A stretch of DNA of 64,000 nt from Eledone cirrhosa (GCA_964016885.1 OZ024740.1:324570001-324634000), one strand, 5' to 3'; positions 1-13,692 are shown, counted from the first letter of the stretch. Program-made: numbers and translations. The notes: generated by a model not told the origin, from the letters alone.

Positions 1-317
1 GTAGCCGTGTTAGCGAGAGAAGAGACTGCTTACAGTGACGGATGAGTGAGGAAGTGAGCTAGCGGAGAGAGGATGATTAGCAGAGAGAGAGAGTGGGTGA
101 AAGTAAGAGGAAAGAGATAGTTTTAGTGGCAGGCTAGCCGAGAGAAGGTGACATATTTTAGTTATTGTACGGGCTAGGTTGAGGTATCTTGTCTATAACG
201 CGAAGAAATATCTATGATTCCTAGCAGACAACTGATGATGGATAATACCCTCTTTCGCCCGTAACTTTTATTTTCATTATATTTAATTGCAACCACACAG
301 CTCGCCGTTTTATTCAA

Positions 318-366
318 GCTTCTAAAGGACTAGATCTGTTTCATTCGTGAAAAATCATCAGGAAGC
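318..366 (-). ncRNA. Type I hammerhead ribozyme motif (family A, diverged)
   Basis: Minus strand reads GCTTC-CTGATGA-TTTTTCACGAAT-GAAA-CAG-ATCTAGTC-CTT-TA-GAAGC. Stem I is GCTTC/GAAGC, compensatory relative to GATTC/GAATC at 5435-5483. Stem III has one mismatch. Confidence 0.7.
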
Positions 367-626
367 TGACTGTCCAAGTAATGTGGTGCTATTTATGTCT
401 TTTCTGGTGGTAGGGGAGGGTGGTGATTGGGATGGGTGGAGGTCATTGATTGATGGGTTTGAAGAAAAGGGAATTCTGTAAAAGCTAATCTTTTAAAAGC
501 TATATTTAGAATAATAAAGGCAGAAAGAATTCTATGAACAAGTTCAAACTGGGGATGCCACTTCTTATTTTTAAGGTTCTCTTAAGCTGACAATGCCTAT
601 AATTTAGGTGTCTACAAGCACATTGT

Positions 627-688
<62 letters not shown>

Positions 689-720
689 CACATATACATA
701 CATATACACACATATATACA

Positions 721-773
<53 letters not shown>

Positions 774-879
774 GCATACATATACACATACATACACACA
801 CATATTATACTCGTATATATATCACACTTCTTTACTCACATATACACACACATTTTTTCTTAGCTTCGTACGGACCTAT

Positions 880-920
<41 letters not shown>

Positions 921-974
921 TGCTTACGCACGTGCTCAAGTATAGTTCTTTTTACAAAACGTTTTTTTTTTTAT

Positions 975-1279
975 TTCAGTTCCCTGAGTTGCCTTCTCCT
1001 AGAAGAATGCCCTGACAAAGCCTAGTGGTCCTTCACTCCCAGTGGTTTAACCGCGCGGTACATGAGTATATACATATTTACACACTTTCGGATGGCAGTT
1101 GACTCTTATGAGTTCTTCCGCCCTTTGTCAGGTTTTGTTATTTGTCTGCAGGGTGTCCAAAATCACCCTCCTCATCAAGTAAACTTGGTGGGGTTGCTTC
1201 TTTTGTAGCCAACGACCCGACCATGCGACAGGTTGTACTGGGTTACATGTTAGCAGTAGCACTCAAGATTGACCCGACA
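975..1279 (-). mobile_element. 5' region of an RTE-related non-LTR element (fragment)
   Basis: Similar to 37920-38155 (ccctttgtcaggttttg...cagggtgtccaaa.tcaccctcctca...aacgacccgaccatg.gacaggttgtactggg), which is joined to an RTE-like 3' end. Confidence 0.55.
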
Positions 1280-1292
1280 TATATATATATAT

Positions 1293-1728
1293 AAGTAGAA
1301 GGGGTGTTAATTTGTTGGAAGTCCGACAAATATAAATGTTTATAACTGATTTAGAGCACTCAGCAAGTTACTGGAGCAAATATTCAATGATATTAAATAA
1401 ATGGAATGTATATTTCTAAAACCATATTTATTATATATATTTCAAGGGTACCAAGACACATTAGTACGCTTTCATCAGATAAAATACAAAGTTTGTTTTT
1501 TAAATAGAGACATACGCATGAAAATCATACCTTACCGGTTGGAAATTCACTGGAAATTCACTATCCAGTTCATTTCCAACCGATAAGGTATGATTTTCAT
1601 GCATATGTCTCTATTTATAAAACAAACTTTGTATTTTATCTGATTAAAGCGTATCAATGTGTCTTGGTACCCTTGAAATATATATAATAAATATGGTTTT
1701 ATAAATATATTTTCCATTTATTTAATAT

Positions 1729-1733
<5 letters not shown>
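1293..1733 (-). mobile_element. PLE-type fold-back insertion, family C (tail 1293-1384, hairpin 1385-1733)
   Basis: Imperfect inverted arms of about 165 bp, flanked by (TA)n. HHR in both arms. Related copies at 10911, 12031 and 56639. Confidence 0.75.
1426..1485 (-). ncRNA. Type I hammerhead ribozyme (family C)
   Basis: ATTTTAT-CTGATGA-AAGCGTACTAA.TGTGTC.TTGGTACCCTT-GAAA-TATATA-TA-ATAAAT. Stem III is the palindrome ATATATAT. The opposite-arm copy (about 1634-1693) has CTGATTA. Confidence 0.75.
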
Positions 1734-1823
<90 letters not shown>

Positions 1824-2031
1824 CATACATATACACACACATACATATGCATACACATACACACATATGTATACACACATACATATACATATAATTATAT
1901 ATATACTCTCACACACATGTACATATACACACACGTACACACACACATACATACATACACACATACACACATACAGACACACACACAGACACACACACTC
2001 ACACACACACATATATACATATATACATATA

Positions 2032-3783
2032 TAATATTAAGGATACTATTTATAGTTATGTATATACTATATACAACTATAAACAGGTAGGGTCAGTAAT
2101 TTATTACTACCTTATTACCAGTAAGATAAATAGCTCAATGTAATAACATCATTTGTTATACAGAGCAGTAATATAGAATACACAAGAATCAAAGCTATGT
2201 TAGAACATTTAATTGCTGACAATTGTTTCTTCCAAGCCTAGGCTTGGTGTCTTCGGAGCATTATTAATAATGTTTTTACATATAATTAGCCTCCTATTCT
2301 GCTGAAGAGTCATACAGATACATATTGTGGACAACAGTGTGTGATGGGTAAGATTCAAAATTACAATTAAAAGCTTCTAGTACAGAAATAAAATGAAAGA
2401 GACAGTACATGCCTTAGTCATACATAAAGCAATTGAACAGTCATATATGAATGCTGGGTGTTGCATAAAAAATACAAGCACATAAAGCAGGTGTGTTAAT
2501 ATATTATGGTGGTTACAATGCTGAGATATTTTCAGTGTAGATCGAATATGTGTGTAGAATAAGAAAGTTCCAGGTTTCACATCCATTACATATGTCACGA
2601 TGTACTTGTATTGAGTGTTTGTTATAGTAATGGCTTGTAATGTAAAGTAACTTAGTGTTATTTAGTCCGTACAGTATACTACATTTGTATAGCTGGGAGA
2701 ATTTTCTACTGTTTAATACCCGGAAGTGGGAATGGAAGTAAGGGGAGCTAATGCGTAAGGGGGGGGGGGTAACTAGCTCATTATAATAATAATTAAACTC
2801 ATTGTTCTAAGGGACTTTATATAGTGTTATAATTGAGGGCCTAATATAGAAACTATATATTTATATTTAATTTAATGTAAACCCAGTCTACTCTCTCCTA
2901 ATACATTAAGGTATCATTATAAAGTTGCCTATCAAGTATTATAAAGTGCCATAATTGAATTTCCCATACAAAGTGTTATATATTTATATTAATTTAATCT
3001 TAGATACAGCCTACCCTCCCAAAATATATCAGAGGTTTTGCTAGATTGCTGTCTACCCAGTATATGGTAAGCTATGTAATACCGTATAGCTGTTTGCATG
3101 GTAAAATAGATATATCTCTAGAGTAAATAAACACATCCCTTATATACAATGTTATTAATGTTAATCCATACATTTAATTATAGATATATACAAAATTCAT
3201 TGTTCCATATTGCATTTAAGTTAGATAAATCCCTTATGTTACGACATAAATCCTATATATACAATGATATTAATTTTTACATTTAATTGAAAATGTATAT
3301 ATAATTCATTGTTACGTTTAATATTTAAAGTTTATCCAAATTATCCGGGTATTAAACAGTAGAAAATTCTCCCAGATATACAAATGTAGTATACGGTACG
3401 GACTAAATAACACTAAGTTACTTTACATTACAAGCCATTACTATAACACACCTGCTTTATGTGCTTGTATTTTTTGTGCAACACCCAGCATTCATATATG
3501 CTTAATACTTTTTCCCGTTCAATTGCTTTATGTATGACTAACGCACGTACTGTCTCTTTAATTTTATTTCTGTACTAGAAGCTTTTAATTGTAATTTTGA
3601 ATCTTACCCATCACACACTGTTGTCCACAATATGTATCTGTATGACTCTTCAGCAGAATAGGAGGCTGATTATATGTAAAAACATTATTAATAATGCTCC
3701 GAAGACACCAAGCCTAGGCTTGGAAGAAACAATTGTCAGCAATTAAATGTTCTAACATAGCTTTGATTCTTGTGTATTCTATA
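2032..3783 (-). mobile_element. PLE-type insertion with long inverted arms (about 2172-2723 and 3344-3783) and unique tail 2032-2171
   Basis: Near-perfect reverse-complement arms; the right arm has internal deletions. Flanked by TA/CA repeats, with an HHR in each arm. Confidence 0.7.
3695..3741 (+). ncRNA. Type I hammerhead motif with C4 core variant (inverted copy at 2214-2260)
   Basis: TGCT-CCGAAGA-caCCAAGCCtaGGCTTGGaa-GAA-ACAATTGT-C-AGCA. Stem I is TGCT/AGCA, stem III is palindromic, cleavage triplet GUC. Confidence 0.65.
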
Positions 3784-4020
3784 CATATATATATATTGAA
3801 GTCCGTTATACATGAGGAAAAAGCAGATAGGTAAGAAGTACCTTACATTAACCATAGTGCCGTGAGGCGGGTCGAGATAGAGGTAGGGGTAGGGTGGGAT
3901 GGCAGTGTAGGAGATATTTTGTCGAGTGGATTTTTTTAAAATATTTTTTAGCCATATATATATATATGCACACACATATGTATTATATATATATATACAC
4001 ATATATTATATATATATATA

Positions 4021-4083
<63 letters not shown>

Positions 4084-4106
4084 GTATTATACATACACAC
4101 ATATCT

Positions 4107-4190
<84 letters not shown>

Positions 4191-4519
4191 TAATGTGTCT
4201 AAGTTAACAACAGAATTTACTTGTAACGCTACACCGAAGATTTAACTTACAAATCTGTAATGAAGCTTGCCAACGTCATGTAACACAAATGTAATTGATT
4301 ATCACCTTTATCATTATCATCCTCATATGGTGGTGATGGTGGTGGTGGTAGTGGTGGTGGTGGTGGTGGTGGTGGTAGTAAGGCTGGGTGTGGTGGTGGT
4401 TTTGGGTGATATTTGTGTAGAAACGCATATCAAGATATCCACCCCTCACACACGCACCACCCACATGTATATATACATATAGGTATCGATACACACACAC
4501 ACACACACACACACACGCG

Positions 4520-4589
<70 letters not shown>

Positions 4590-4880
4590 TATATACACAC
4601 ATATATATGTATATATCTGTATATATACATATATATCTGTATATATATATATATATGTATATGTATATATGTATATATATATGTATCTTTATCTATATAT
4701 GCATATATATATGTATATATATAATATATATATGTATATATATATATATATATGTATATGTACATATATATATATACATATATGTACATATATGTATATA
4801 TGTATATACATATGCATATGTACATATGTAAATGTATATATATATTCATATGTACATATGTAAATTTATATATATATGTA

Positions 4881-4924
<44 letters not shown>

Positions 4925-5102
4925 CATATATGTGTATATATTTATATATATATATATGGGCGGGTATGTATTATTTACAGGTTCGAATAAGTAGAAACCA
5001 CCCTGTGTTTCATGTTTGCTTAAAACTACCCCACACCTGATGAAACTCATTAGGTTTATAGCAAGCTTTCGTATCTGACTGAGTAAACACCGTATATATA
5101 TA

Positions 5103-5184
<82 letters not shown>

Positions 5185-5314
5185 CTATGATGTGTGTATG
5201 TATATATATGTATGTATATATATATGCATATATATATATACATATATGTATGTATGTATCTATCTATGTATGTATATATATATATATATATATGTATGAA
5301 TCTAACTATCTATC

Positions 5315-5363
<49 letters not shown>

Positions 5364-5367
<4 letters not shown>

Positions 5368-5567
5368 TTAATATAGATGAGATTCTACAGGACTAGAACT
5401 GTTTCATTCATTAGAAATCATCAGGAATCACTGCGATTCCTGATGATTTCTAATGAATGAAACAGTTCTAGTCCTGTAGAATCTCATCTATATTAAAACT
5501 GTTATACTCTGCTATGTATTGAGTACCTTACTTACTGTGGTTACCTCCGATTCAACCCGGAATAACG

Positions 5568-5569
<2 letters not shown>
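5364..5569 (+). mobile_element. PLE-type fold-back insertion, family A (palindrome 5364-5500, tail 5501-5569)
   Basis: Perfect 66-bp inverted arms with a 5-nt apex, inside (TA)n. A near-identical shorter copy is at 42351-42502. Confidence 0.8.
5435..5483 (+). ncRNA. Type I hammerhead ribozyme (family A; inverted copy at 5381-5429)
   Basis: GATTC-CTGATGA-tTTCtaatGAAt-GAAA-CAG-ttctagtc-CTG-TA-GAATC. Core intact, GUA triplet, CTAG palindrome in loop 3. Confidence 0.8.
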
Positions 5570-5616
<47 letters not shown>

Positions 5617-5994
5617 TATGTATGTATGTGTGTATGTATCTATCTATTTATGTGCGTGTATGTGTATGTGTGTGTGTGTTTCTGTGTGTGCGTGTGTGTG
5701 TATGTGTGTGTGTTTCTGTGTGTGCGTGTGTGTGTATGTGTGTGTGTGTGTGTGTGTGTTGGTGTGTGTGTGTGTGTGTTGGTGTGTGTGTGTGTGTGTT
5801 GGTGTGTGTGTGTATGTGTGATGTAGTTTTAAGCGCGGCAGTGGAATATATATCAGTAAAACAAATAAATAAATAACCAAATAAATAAAGAAATTGGGAG
5901 CTTTTACTTCGTTCGTCATTGCTTCATCTCTTCCTGCCCCTCTTCTGCCCCTCTTTTGCTAATTTACCACCCTACATACTACAGGTATTTAGTG

Positions 5995-6410
5995 TCTGCC
6001 ACCACCACCATCACTATAACAACAGCAACACACTGGCTGCAATAACAACAATGATACCACCATTATCACTACCGTTGTCGCCACCACCATCAACACAGTC
6101 ATCACCACTACCAACAACACCAACAGAGTGATCAAGACCAACACCACCATCACCACCAACACCCCCAACAACATTAACACCACCACCATCAACACCAATA
6201 TAGCCATCACCACCAACACCACCATCACCACCAGCACACCATCACACCACCACCCTGCCAATGCCATCAACACAAACACAACCATCACCACCACCACCAA
6301 CAACAACAACAACAACACAGCCATCACCACCACCACCACCTCAACCATCACCAACCCCACTACCACTGTCGCTTCCACTCTTACTACAGCCTTCACCACT
6401 CGCCCCCACC
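5995..6410. repeat. (ACC/AAC)n low-complexity tract
   Basis: Degenerate trinucleotide repeat. Confidence 0.85.
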
Positions 6411-6857
6411 ACGTAACTACATTGCTTCAGTTTACCAAACCACTCGTCAAATAGGAAGAAGATATCCTGTCGTATCACATGGTCAAATGATATCTTATGA
6501 TATACACACTTGGTTATAACATGACAGCCATGTTGGATAATGGCAAACACTGAATATATAATGTCATAACACCTCTGCAGATATACAGCGACAGGAATAT
6601 GGTAATATTGACAATACTATACAAACAACACAATAATATATTGCACAGCATCTCGCCAAATATCGCGTGATTTAATGGCCAATATCGTTTCTTGTTGCTT
6701 GTGAAATAGCTGCGTTTTATTTGCTGCACTGCGGCATTAGTTTATATCTCTACAGCTGGGTGAGTTAGGTTAGACATCATCGTGAACACTTAGTTCCATG
6801 TGAAGGAATTTAACAACAGAGAACACACACACACAGACTCACACACACATACACACA

Positions 6858-6889
<32 letters not shown>

Positions 6890-7699
6890 TAGACTCACAC
6901 ACACACACGCACACTCACACACACTCACACACTCCACCTCTCTTTCTTCCACTCCCATTTTTCCTTTTTCTTTTTCTTCCCTCCGTTCACTCACTCACCC
7001 CCCCTCTCTTTCCACTTATTCCATAAAAACTCATCCTTCTTAACTTTTAACATCCTGTACAGATTTAGCGGAAAATATATAAAAACAGGGTTGCTAATTC
7101 AAATGCTTATAGTATCTTTCCTATTAGAGAGATCAATATGCACATTTGCAATATTAGAATAATGACTTTACATTTTAATATGATCCCCTCATTGTGTGTG
7201 AAAGAATTTAACTGCAGAGAACACACATAACCCCCCCCCCCTTCTTCCACTCTTCCTTTCCCTCTGCTCTCTCTCTCTCATTCCAATTATTCTGTGAAAA
7301 CTTATGTTTTTTTAATCTTTTAACATCATGTAAGGATTTAGAGGAAAATGTATAAAAAAAGGGTTGTTAATTCAAATGTTTATAGTATTGTTTTTATAAG
7401 ACAGATCAATGTGGAAATTTGCAATATTAGAATAATGACTTTAGAATAATGACTTTAACTTTTAATATGTTGCTGTTTTGTACTGTTCAAGAATGTCTTG
7501 CTAATGTAGTTTCATGCATGTTAATTCAAATGTTTATAGTAACTTTACTGCTGGAGAGATTGTAGTGAAAATTTGCATTATCAGAGTAAAGAGTTTAATA
7601 TTTGATTTGATGCAGGTATAGTACTCTTTTCTACTTTACAAGAATGTCTTGCTAATCTGATTTCATGAGGTTCAGGAAGTTAAGAGTTAAACATGAAAA

Positions 7700-7977
7700 G
7701 CACAGGAATCGATGCTCGAGGATCAGTCATGGAGAACACACATCTTCAACATATCTCTATGGTCCCACTCGGTCACGAATGACCATGGTTTTGCACCTAA
7801 AAAGGTTCCCTCCGAAGCACAAGCCTGGGCAAGGTTTGTTTTGTGGAAGACCAGTAGCCGCCCATACATACAAGTCTCCCCTCTCGACGCCATCGATGTT
7901 GTCCAAGGGAAAGGCAATGACCGATACAGCTCTCAATTGCAAGCCCAATGCTCTAACCCCTAAGCCATGCGCCTTCA
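7700..7977 (-). mobile_element. tRNA-derived SINE remnant
   Basis: Minus strand begins TGAAGGCGCATGGCTTAGGGGTTAGAGCATTGGGCTTGC, an A-box-like tRNA head. The body is decayed. Confidence 0.45.
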
Positions 7978-8171
7978 ACATAGTTATAACCACATACAAA
8001 TGACAGGCCTTCACCTATTTCAACAAAACGTTAACGGCATCAATTTCTCCTGTTATAGTGGTATGATTGGGAGAGTCAAGGGCAACGGGTACTGCCCCAT
8101 CTTCAGGCATATCAAGTGAAAAAATATACATGCGCGCACACACACACACAGACACACACACACACGCGCAT

Positions 8172-8203
<32 letters not shown>

Positions 8204-8210
8204 ATATATA

Positions 8211-8248
<38 letters not shown>

Positions 8249-8255
8249 TATATAG

Positions 8256-9911
8256 AGAGGCGGGTCAGGTATTTGCAACCTCTGTCTTAGTGAGACACTC
8301 GAGATACTTCATGGCGGAACCAAGCTATTAAACAGAAGGGTCGACTTATTCGGCGCCTGCAGACACCTAAGGACGGGAACTTTCCTGAAGCTATATGGAT
8401 AAACCCTAGTTATGGCCTCCCACAACGCCCCCAACCCTGTAGGTCCCCTACACCCCGTACTAATGACCAATGGACAACAACAACCACCCATAGTTTGTAG
8501 TCCCTACGGTGGATTGTCCACCGGATCTTCTACTGGTTAGGAGTCAACAAAACCACGTTTATTGAACCTGAGGAACCCCCCCTCCCCCCGAGAGTGGCCC
8601 ACACAGGAAGAACAATTATCCCAAGGTACTAACCCTATACGCATGAATGAGTGCCCGCAACCGTGCGTTGTGTGTGTATACTGGGATTAGGTGAATGTAC
8701 ACACTTATGTGAACGCAACGAAATACTAATACCCCCAGGTTGCATTTGAAAAATGTTCGAGTGTATGCTTAAGAGTATATTTGTGTATGCTCTCTTGTAT
8801 GAATGCACATGTGAATATAGACATACACGCGCATCCAGAGGTATAAAAGTGTGGGTGGGTATATATGTCTGTACTAAGGGATTCGCCTAAGCTCCAAAGC
8901 CCCAAAGCTATTGCTGTGAAGATATATATCACACTCTACTTTTGTCTAGTCTAAACAATTACTTTTCCAAACACCCACTTTACTTTTCTTTAAAAATAAC
9001 ACCCACCTAGTTTTATGTCTGCCTTATACTTGGATTTGGGGCCTCTGTCGTATATATATATGCACCTGTGCGTACATATATATACACACCCGTATGGATT
9101 TGTGTGTATATATATGTGTATATTGTGTGTATATATATATACACACCTGTATGGATTTGTGTGTATATATATGGGTATATTGTGTGTATATATATATACA
9201 CACCTGTATGGATTTGTGTGTGTAGATGTGTGTGTATGTTTGAGGGGGTAGGTGTGAGTGTATGTACAAGTCAACTAACATAAGTCTTTTTATTTCTAAA
9301 ATTTCTAAACTTTCTAAGTATTTGACTCTAACCATAATTTCCAGTATTACCACCCCACATAAATTCCTCAATTTGTATGTGTGGATGTGTGTGTCTGTGG
9401 GGGTGGGTGTGAGTGTATGTGCAAGCAACCAGCATAAATCTTTTTATATGTAAATTTTCTAGTATTCTACTCTAACCATAATTTTCAGTAGTTACCACCC
9501 CACATAAATTCCTCAATTTAAGAATGACCCGTAGTACTGAATTCCATACTATAAACCTCAATTGAATATATATCTGACCAGGAATGCTTTTTGTGAAAAT
9601 CAGTCATATGGAACTATTGTCATCTTGCCTGACGGTTTGAACTTTACAACACCACCTGCCTCTTTGAGGTCAAATACCAACCCTACTAGCTTCTCCAAAC
9701 TGACCAATGAGAATTAAGATTATTCGTGCTGACAACAGTAAATTATTCCTAACAAGCTCATATGTCCCAAGGCTCTGAAACCATCAACACTATAAACACA
9801 GAGCTGGCATATCTAAGAACTGACTAACTGCCTGATGAGGTCATCGAAAAATATATAGCAATATAGCAGTAAATAAAGGATTATGAGTTCATGCAATTGA
9901 CTTATGTTTCG

Positions 9912-9915
<4 letters not shown>
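8256..9915 (+). mobile_element. 5'-truncated Penelope-like element, Naiad-like (ORF end, 1.5-kb 3' UTR, HHR)
   Basis: 8256-8402 encodes RGGSGICNLCLSETLEILHGGTKLLNRRVDLFGACRHLRTGTFLKLYG*, matching the CxLCLxE...LNxRxD/E...CRH end of PLE GIY-YIG ORFs. HHR at 9827-9870; (TA)n on both sides. Confidence 0.75.
9827..9870 (+). ncRNA. Minimal type I hammerhead motif (slightly degenerate)
   Basis: ACTGC-CTGATGA-ggtcatc-GAAAAATAT-atagca-ATAT-A-GCAGT. Stem I is ACTGC/GCAGT; two extra A residues follow GAAA. Confidence 0.55.
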
Positions 9916-10006
<91 letters not shown>

Positions 10007-10019
10007 ATATATATATATA

Positions 10020-10360
10020 AATTTGTTTTGCAAGATTTCGTATCTGAAAAGGTGTGTTGAAATAGATATTGTTATACTTTGGGAGAGTCATGCTGCCAAT
10101 AAAAACACACGCACCTGTTCGTTTTCACTTCAATTTCACACAACAAACAAAAACAAGATGGAGTAGGAGAGACACAAAATATCAACCTAGTCACTGAGCA
10201 GGTCAAAGAAGGCGTGACGAAAGAGCTTTGACAATATATAAACAACCATTCGGTTATCGAACCAACCAGCCAACCGGAAATTTATAATGAATTGATGTGA
10301 AACGCAACAAGTGCGTGTGTTTATATTGGCAGCAGAATCCTCCCAAAGTATAACAATATA
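10020..10360 (-). mobile_element. Fold-back insertion in (TA)n (arms about 10065-10135 and 10290-10360, tail 10020-10064)
   Basis: attgttatactttgggag...tgctgccaata pairs with tattggcagca...ctcccaaagtataacaat. A GAAACGCA/TGCGT stem III remnant is present. Confidence 0.55.
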
Positions 10361-10910
10361 TATATATATAAATATATATATTATATATATATATATATAT
10401 ATACACATACATATATAATTTAAAAAGTTATTTGTCTCTAAAATTCAAGGAAAGGATAAAATATACAGATAAATGATCAAACTCTGGTACGGACGCATTT
10501 ATATGAGTTAAGCTGACATATTTTAGTCTGTCTGACATATTTTGGCATACGTTTAATATACACACACACATATATATATATATATATACTGAAGAGAGCA
10601 GGACATGATATCCTTACACTTTTTATCTCGAAACATATTTGGATTTTAAAGTTTAAACTTATCTACGCAACAGGTTTGATTTTGAAATTTAAATCTGTCT
10701 AAACATCATGGCCATTTGGCAATACTGTTTGTCTTTGTTGATTTATTATTTTAAATCGATATGGGCAGACTGTAATATTATAATTAGTATACTTCATTCT
10801 AGCTAACTAAATTTTCTTTCGCAATATAAATACAGATATGTTGGTATTTGTGTTTCATCATATATATTAATTTATATTTAAATGTTTTATATATATTTAT
10901 ATATATACAT

Positions 10911-11253
10911 GCAGAAGTTATATTTAATTTGTTGGGATTCCAACAAGCTTAATAGTTTATAACTGATATAAAGCACTCAACAGCTAACTGGAGTAAATAT
11001 TCAATATATTAATAAATGGAAACTATATTTATGAAACCATAATTATTTTATTATATCCAGTGAACTATCCAGTGACTATCCAGTGAACTTTCAACCGTCA
11101 AGGTTGTTTTTCCACGGTTATGTCAATATTTATAAAACAAATCTTGTATTTTATCTGATGAAAGCGCACCAAGATTGCATTGGATGTCATTGAAATATAT
11201 ATAATAAAATAATTATAGTTTTATAAATATAGTTTCCATTTATTAAGATATTG
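10911..11253 (-). mobile_element. PLE-type fold-back insertion, family C copy 2, with HHR at 11148-11210 (+)
   Basis: Homologous to 1293-1733. HHR reads ATTTTAT-CTGATGA-...-GAAA-TATATA-TA-ATAAAAT. Confidence 0.7.
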
Positions 11254-11370
11254 TATATAATATATATATGTAAAAAATGAAACGAAATTTCATTTCTCAC
11301 TCTTAGTAAGGCTGTTACTTAAATATAAGTATGTATACGTACATACATATATGTATACAGACGTACAGTA

Positions 11371-11426
<56 letters not shown>

Positions 11427-11428
<2 letters not shown>

Positions 11429-11648
11429 GTATGGATTTACCGAGCATTTATTATAATGCTCGGTTTGTTTGTAAACAAACATCCCGAATTAAGCCGTACA
11501 GTGTTTAACAACCATCGTAGTACATCGTTCCTTTGTCAGTGTTGAACAAACGAGCAACGATGGTTGCTAAACACTGTACGGCTTAATTCGGGATGTTTGT
11601 TTACAAACAAACCGAGCATTATAATAAATGCTCGGTAAATCCATACGT
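11427..11648. mobile_element. MITE-like or fold-back hairpin element
   Basis: 92-bp inverted arms (11427-11518 and 11557-11648, one mismatch seen) with a 38-bp spacer, flanked by TA repeats. Confidence 0.7.
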
Positions 11649-11661
11649 TATATATATATAC

Positions 11662-11854
11662 ATAACGAAGGAAGTGTGGTAAGCAACCAGGTGGACCATA
11701 ACGCTACAAAGTGCTCAATACTTAGGGTAGTAGAGTGGGTAATAGGAAAATGTTCAAGACCCCGACGGCAGAGCTCAAGTCGTTTCGACGGCTATTTCCA
11801 GTAATAGCCGTCGAAACGACTTGAGCTCTGCCGTCGGGGTCTTGAACATTTTCC

Positions 11855-11857
<3 letters not shown>
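11662..11857 (-). mobile_element. PLE-type fold-back insertion, family B (hairpin 11742-11857, tail 11662-11741)
   Basis: Perfect 55-bp arms containing the 3' half of an HHR (GAAACGAC-ttGAGCTCt-GCCGTC). Homologous to 29122-29320 and 57516-57620. Confidence 0.75.
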
Positions 11858-11902
<45 letters not shown>

Positions 11903-11962
11903 AATATAAATTCAGCGAGAATCGTATTTCGGCGAGTAGAATAAGCGAAACGTAACGCAAAT

Positions 11963-12030
<68 letters not shown>

Positions 12031-12034
<4 letters not shown>

Positions 12035-12228
12035 AAAGTTCTATTTAAATTGTTGGGATACAACAAGCAAATATTTTTATAACTGATATAAAGCACTCGA
12101 CAAGTATTTGGAGTAAATATACGATATTAACAAATGGAAACTATATTTATAAAACCATATCTATTTTATTATACATATTTCAAGGATACCATGTTAAATT
12201 ATGGTATGCTTTCATCAGACAAAATACA
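12031..12228 (-). mobile_element. Family C copy 3 with HHR at 12163-12226 (-)
   Basis: TATTTTGT-CTGATGA-AAGcATACCAT-aatttaac-ATGGTATcCTT-GAAA-TATGTA-TA-ATAAAATA. Confidence 0.7.
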
Positions 12229-12949
12229 ATATATACCAGTTTTTATATATATATATATATATATACATTTCCATGGATAAAAATGTACTCGACGCAGATG
12301 TTGCGTGGTGTATGTATTAATATAGTCATCATATAACATTAGAACTCTTTTTCTCGAAGTTTTCCATCTGGATTCTAGATAATCGTTGGACGAATATTTC
12401 GCTCAGAAGTGACCACTAGATGAAGCAAGATATCAGCACAGATATATATATAATAGATATCAAGTACAAGGGTCAGTTCTTCCTCTCAACTCGTCTTTCT
12501 TTCTGGAAGAAAGCAAGTGTGGTCAGACAAGGAGAGTTATGGGCACCAACCAGGTTTACATACCCAACATACTTTGTATGTCATGACGTTGGACTGGCGA
12601 TTCTATCAGCAGTTAAGGACTCCTTCCAACTCAAAGCATTGCATCGTATCGCTACAGGTAACATATATTCTCTGGCTGTTAAGGTTTATACCATTAACTC
12701 GGCTTTTAAGGATCCTAAATCATTCTAAGGATTCTCAACCATTGTATCCTGCATGGGACACATTCACATATACACGCACATATACACACACACATTCGCA
12801 ATCACACACACATACTCAAAGAAACGCACACTCTCATATTTTCACAAATACATACTTGGACAAACAAACACATACACACACACACACGTATACTCACATA
12901 GACATATACTGAAACAAGCATATGCAATTACTTTCCTATTCTTTGACAG

Positions 12950-13025
<76 letters not shown>

Positions 13026-13324
13026 TCACACACTCACACACACACACACAAACACACATACACACACGCACACATACATACAAACACACATACACACACA
13101 CACGCACGCATACATATACACACATACACTCACCTTAACAGCCGCCACACAATAACCTTGATAGTGCAGTGTTCTATGTAATGAGTTAAACAGAACTTCC
13201 GACAGTCGCAGACACAAGAAGTAGTTTTAGTTATAGTCACTGGTATACATGTTAGTGGTGGTAGATATAGGTGTAGTGGTGGAGGTAGTGGTAAGGCTGT
13301 AGTGGTGGCGGTAGTGGTATACAT

Positions 13325-13692
13325 GTTAGTGGTGGTAAATATAGGTGTAGTGGTGGGGATGGTAAGTCTGTTAGTGGTGGTAAATATAGGTGTAGTGGTG
13401 GGGGTGGCAAGTCTGTTAGTGGTGGTAAATATAGGTGTAGTGGTGGGGATGGTAAGTCTGTTAGTGGTGGTAAATATAGGTGTAGTGGTGGGGATGGTAA
13501 GTCTGTTAGTGGTGGTAAATATAGGTGTAGTGGTGGGGATGGTAAGTCTGTTAGTGGTGGTAAATATAGGTGTAGTGGTGGGGATGGTAAGTCTGTTAGT
13601 GGTGGTAAATATAGGTGTAGTGGTGGGGATGGTAAGTCTGTTAGTGGTGGTAAATATAGGTGTAGTGGTGGGGATGGTAAGTCTGTTAGTGG
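13325..13692. repeat. 45-bp minisatellite, about 8 copies
   Basis: Unit gttagtggtggtaaatataggtgtagtggtggggatggtaagtct recurs at 13325, 13370 ... 13640. Confidence 0.95.

Noticed and set aside
6435-6550. Minus-strand candidate exon VFAIIQHGCHVITKCVYHKISFDHVIRQDIFFLFDEWF
   Set aside because: Has ag/gt boundaries but no recognisable homology or partner exons.
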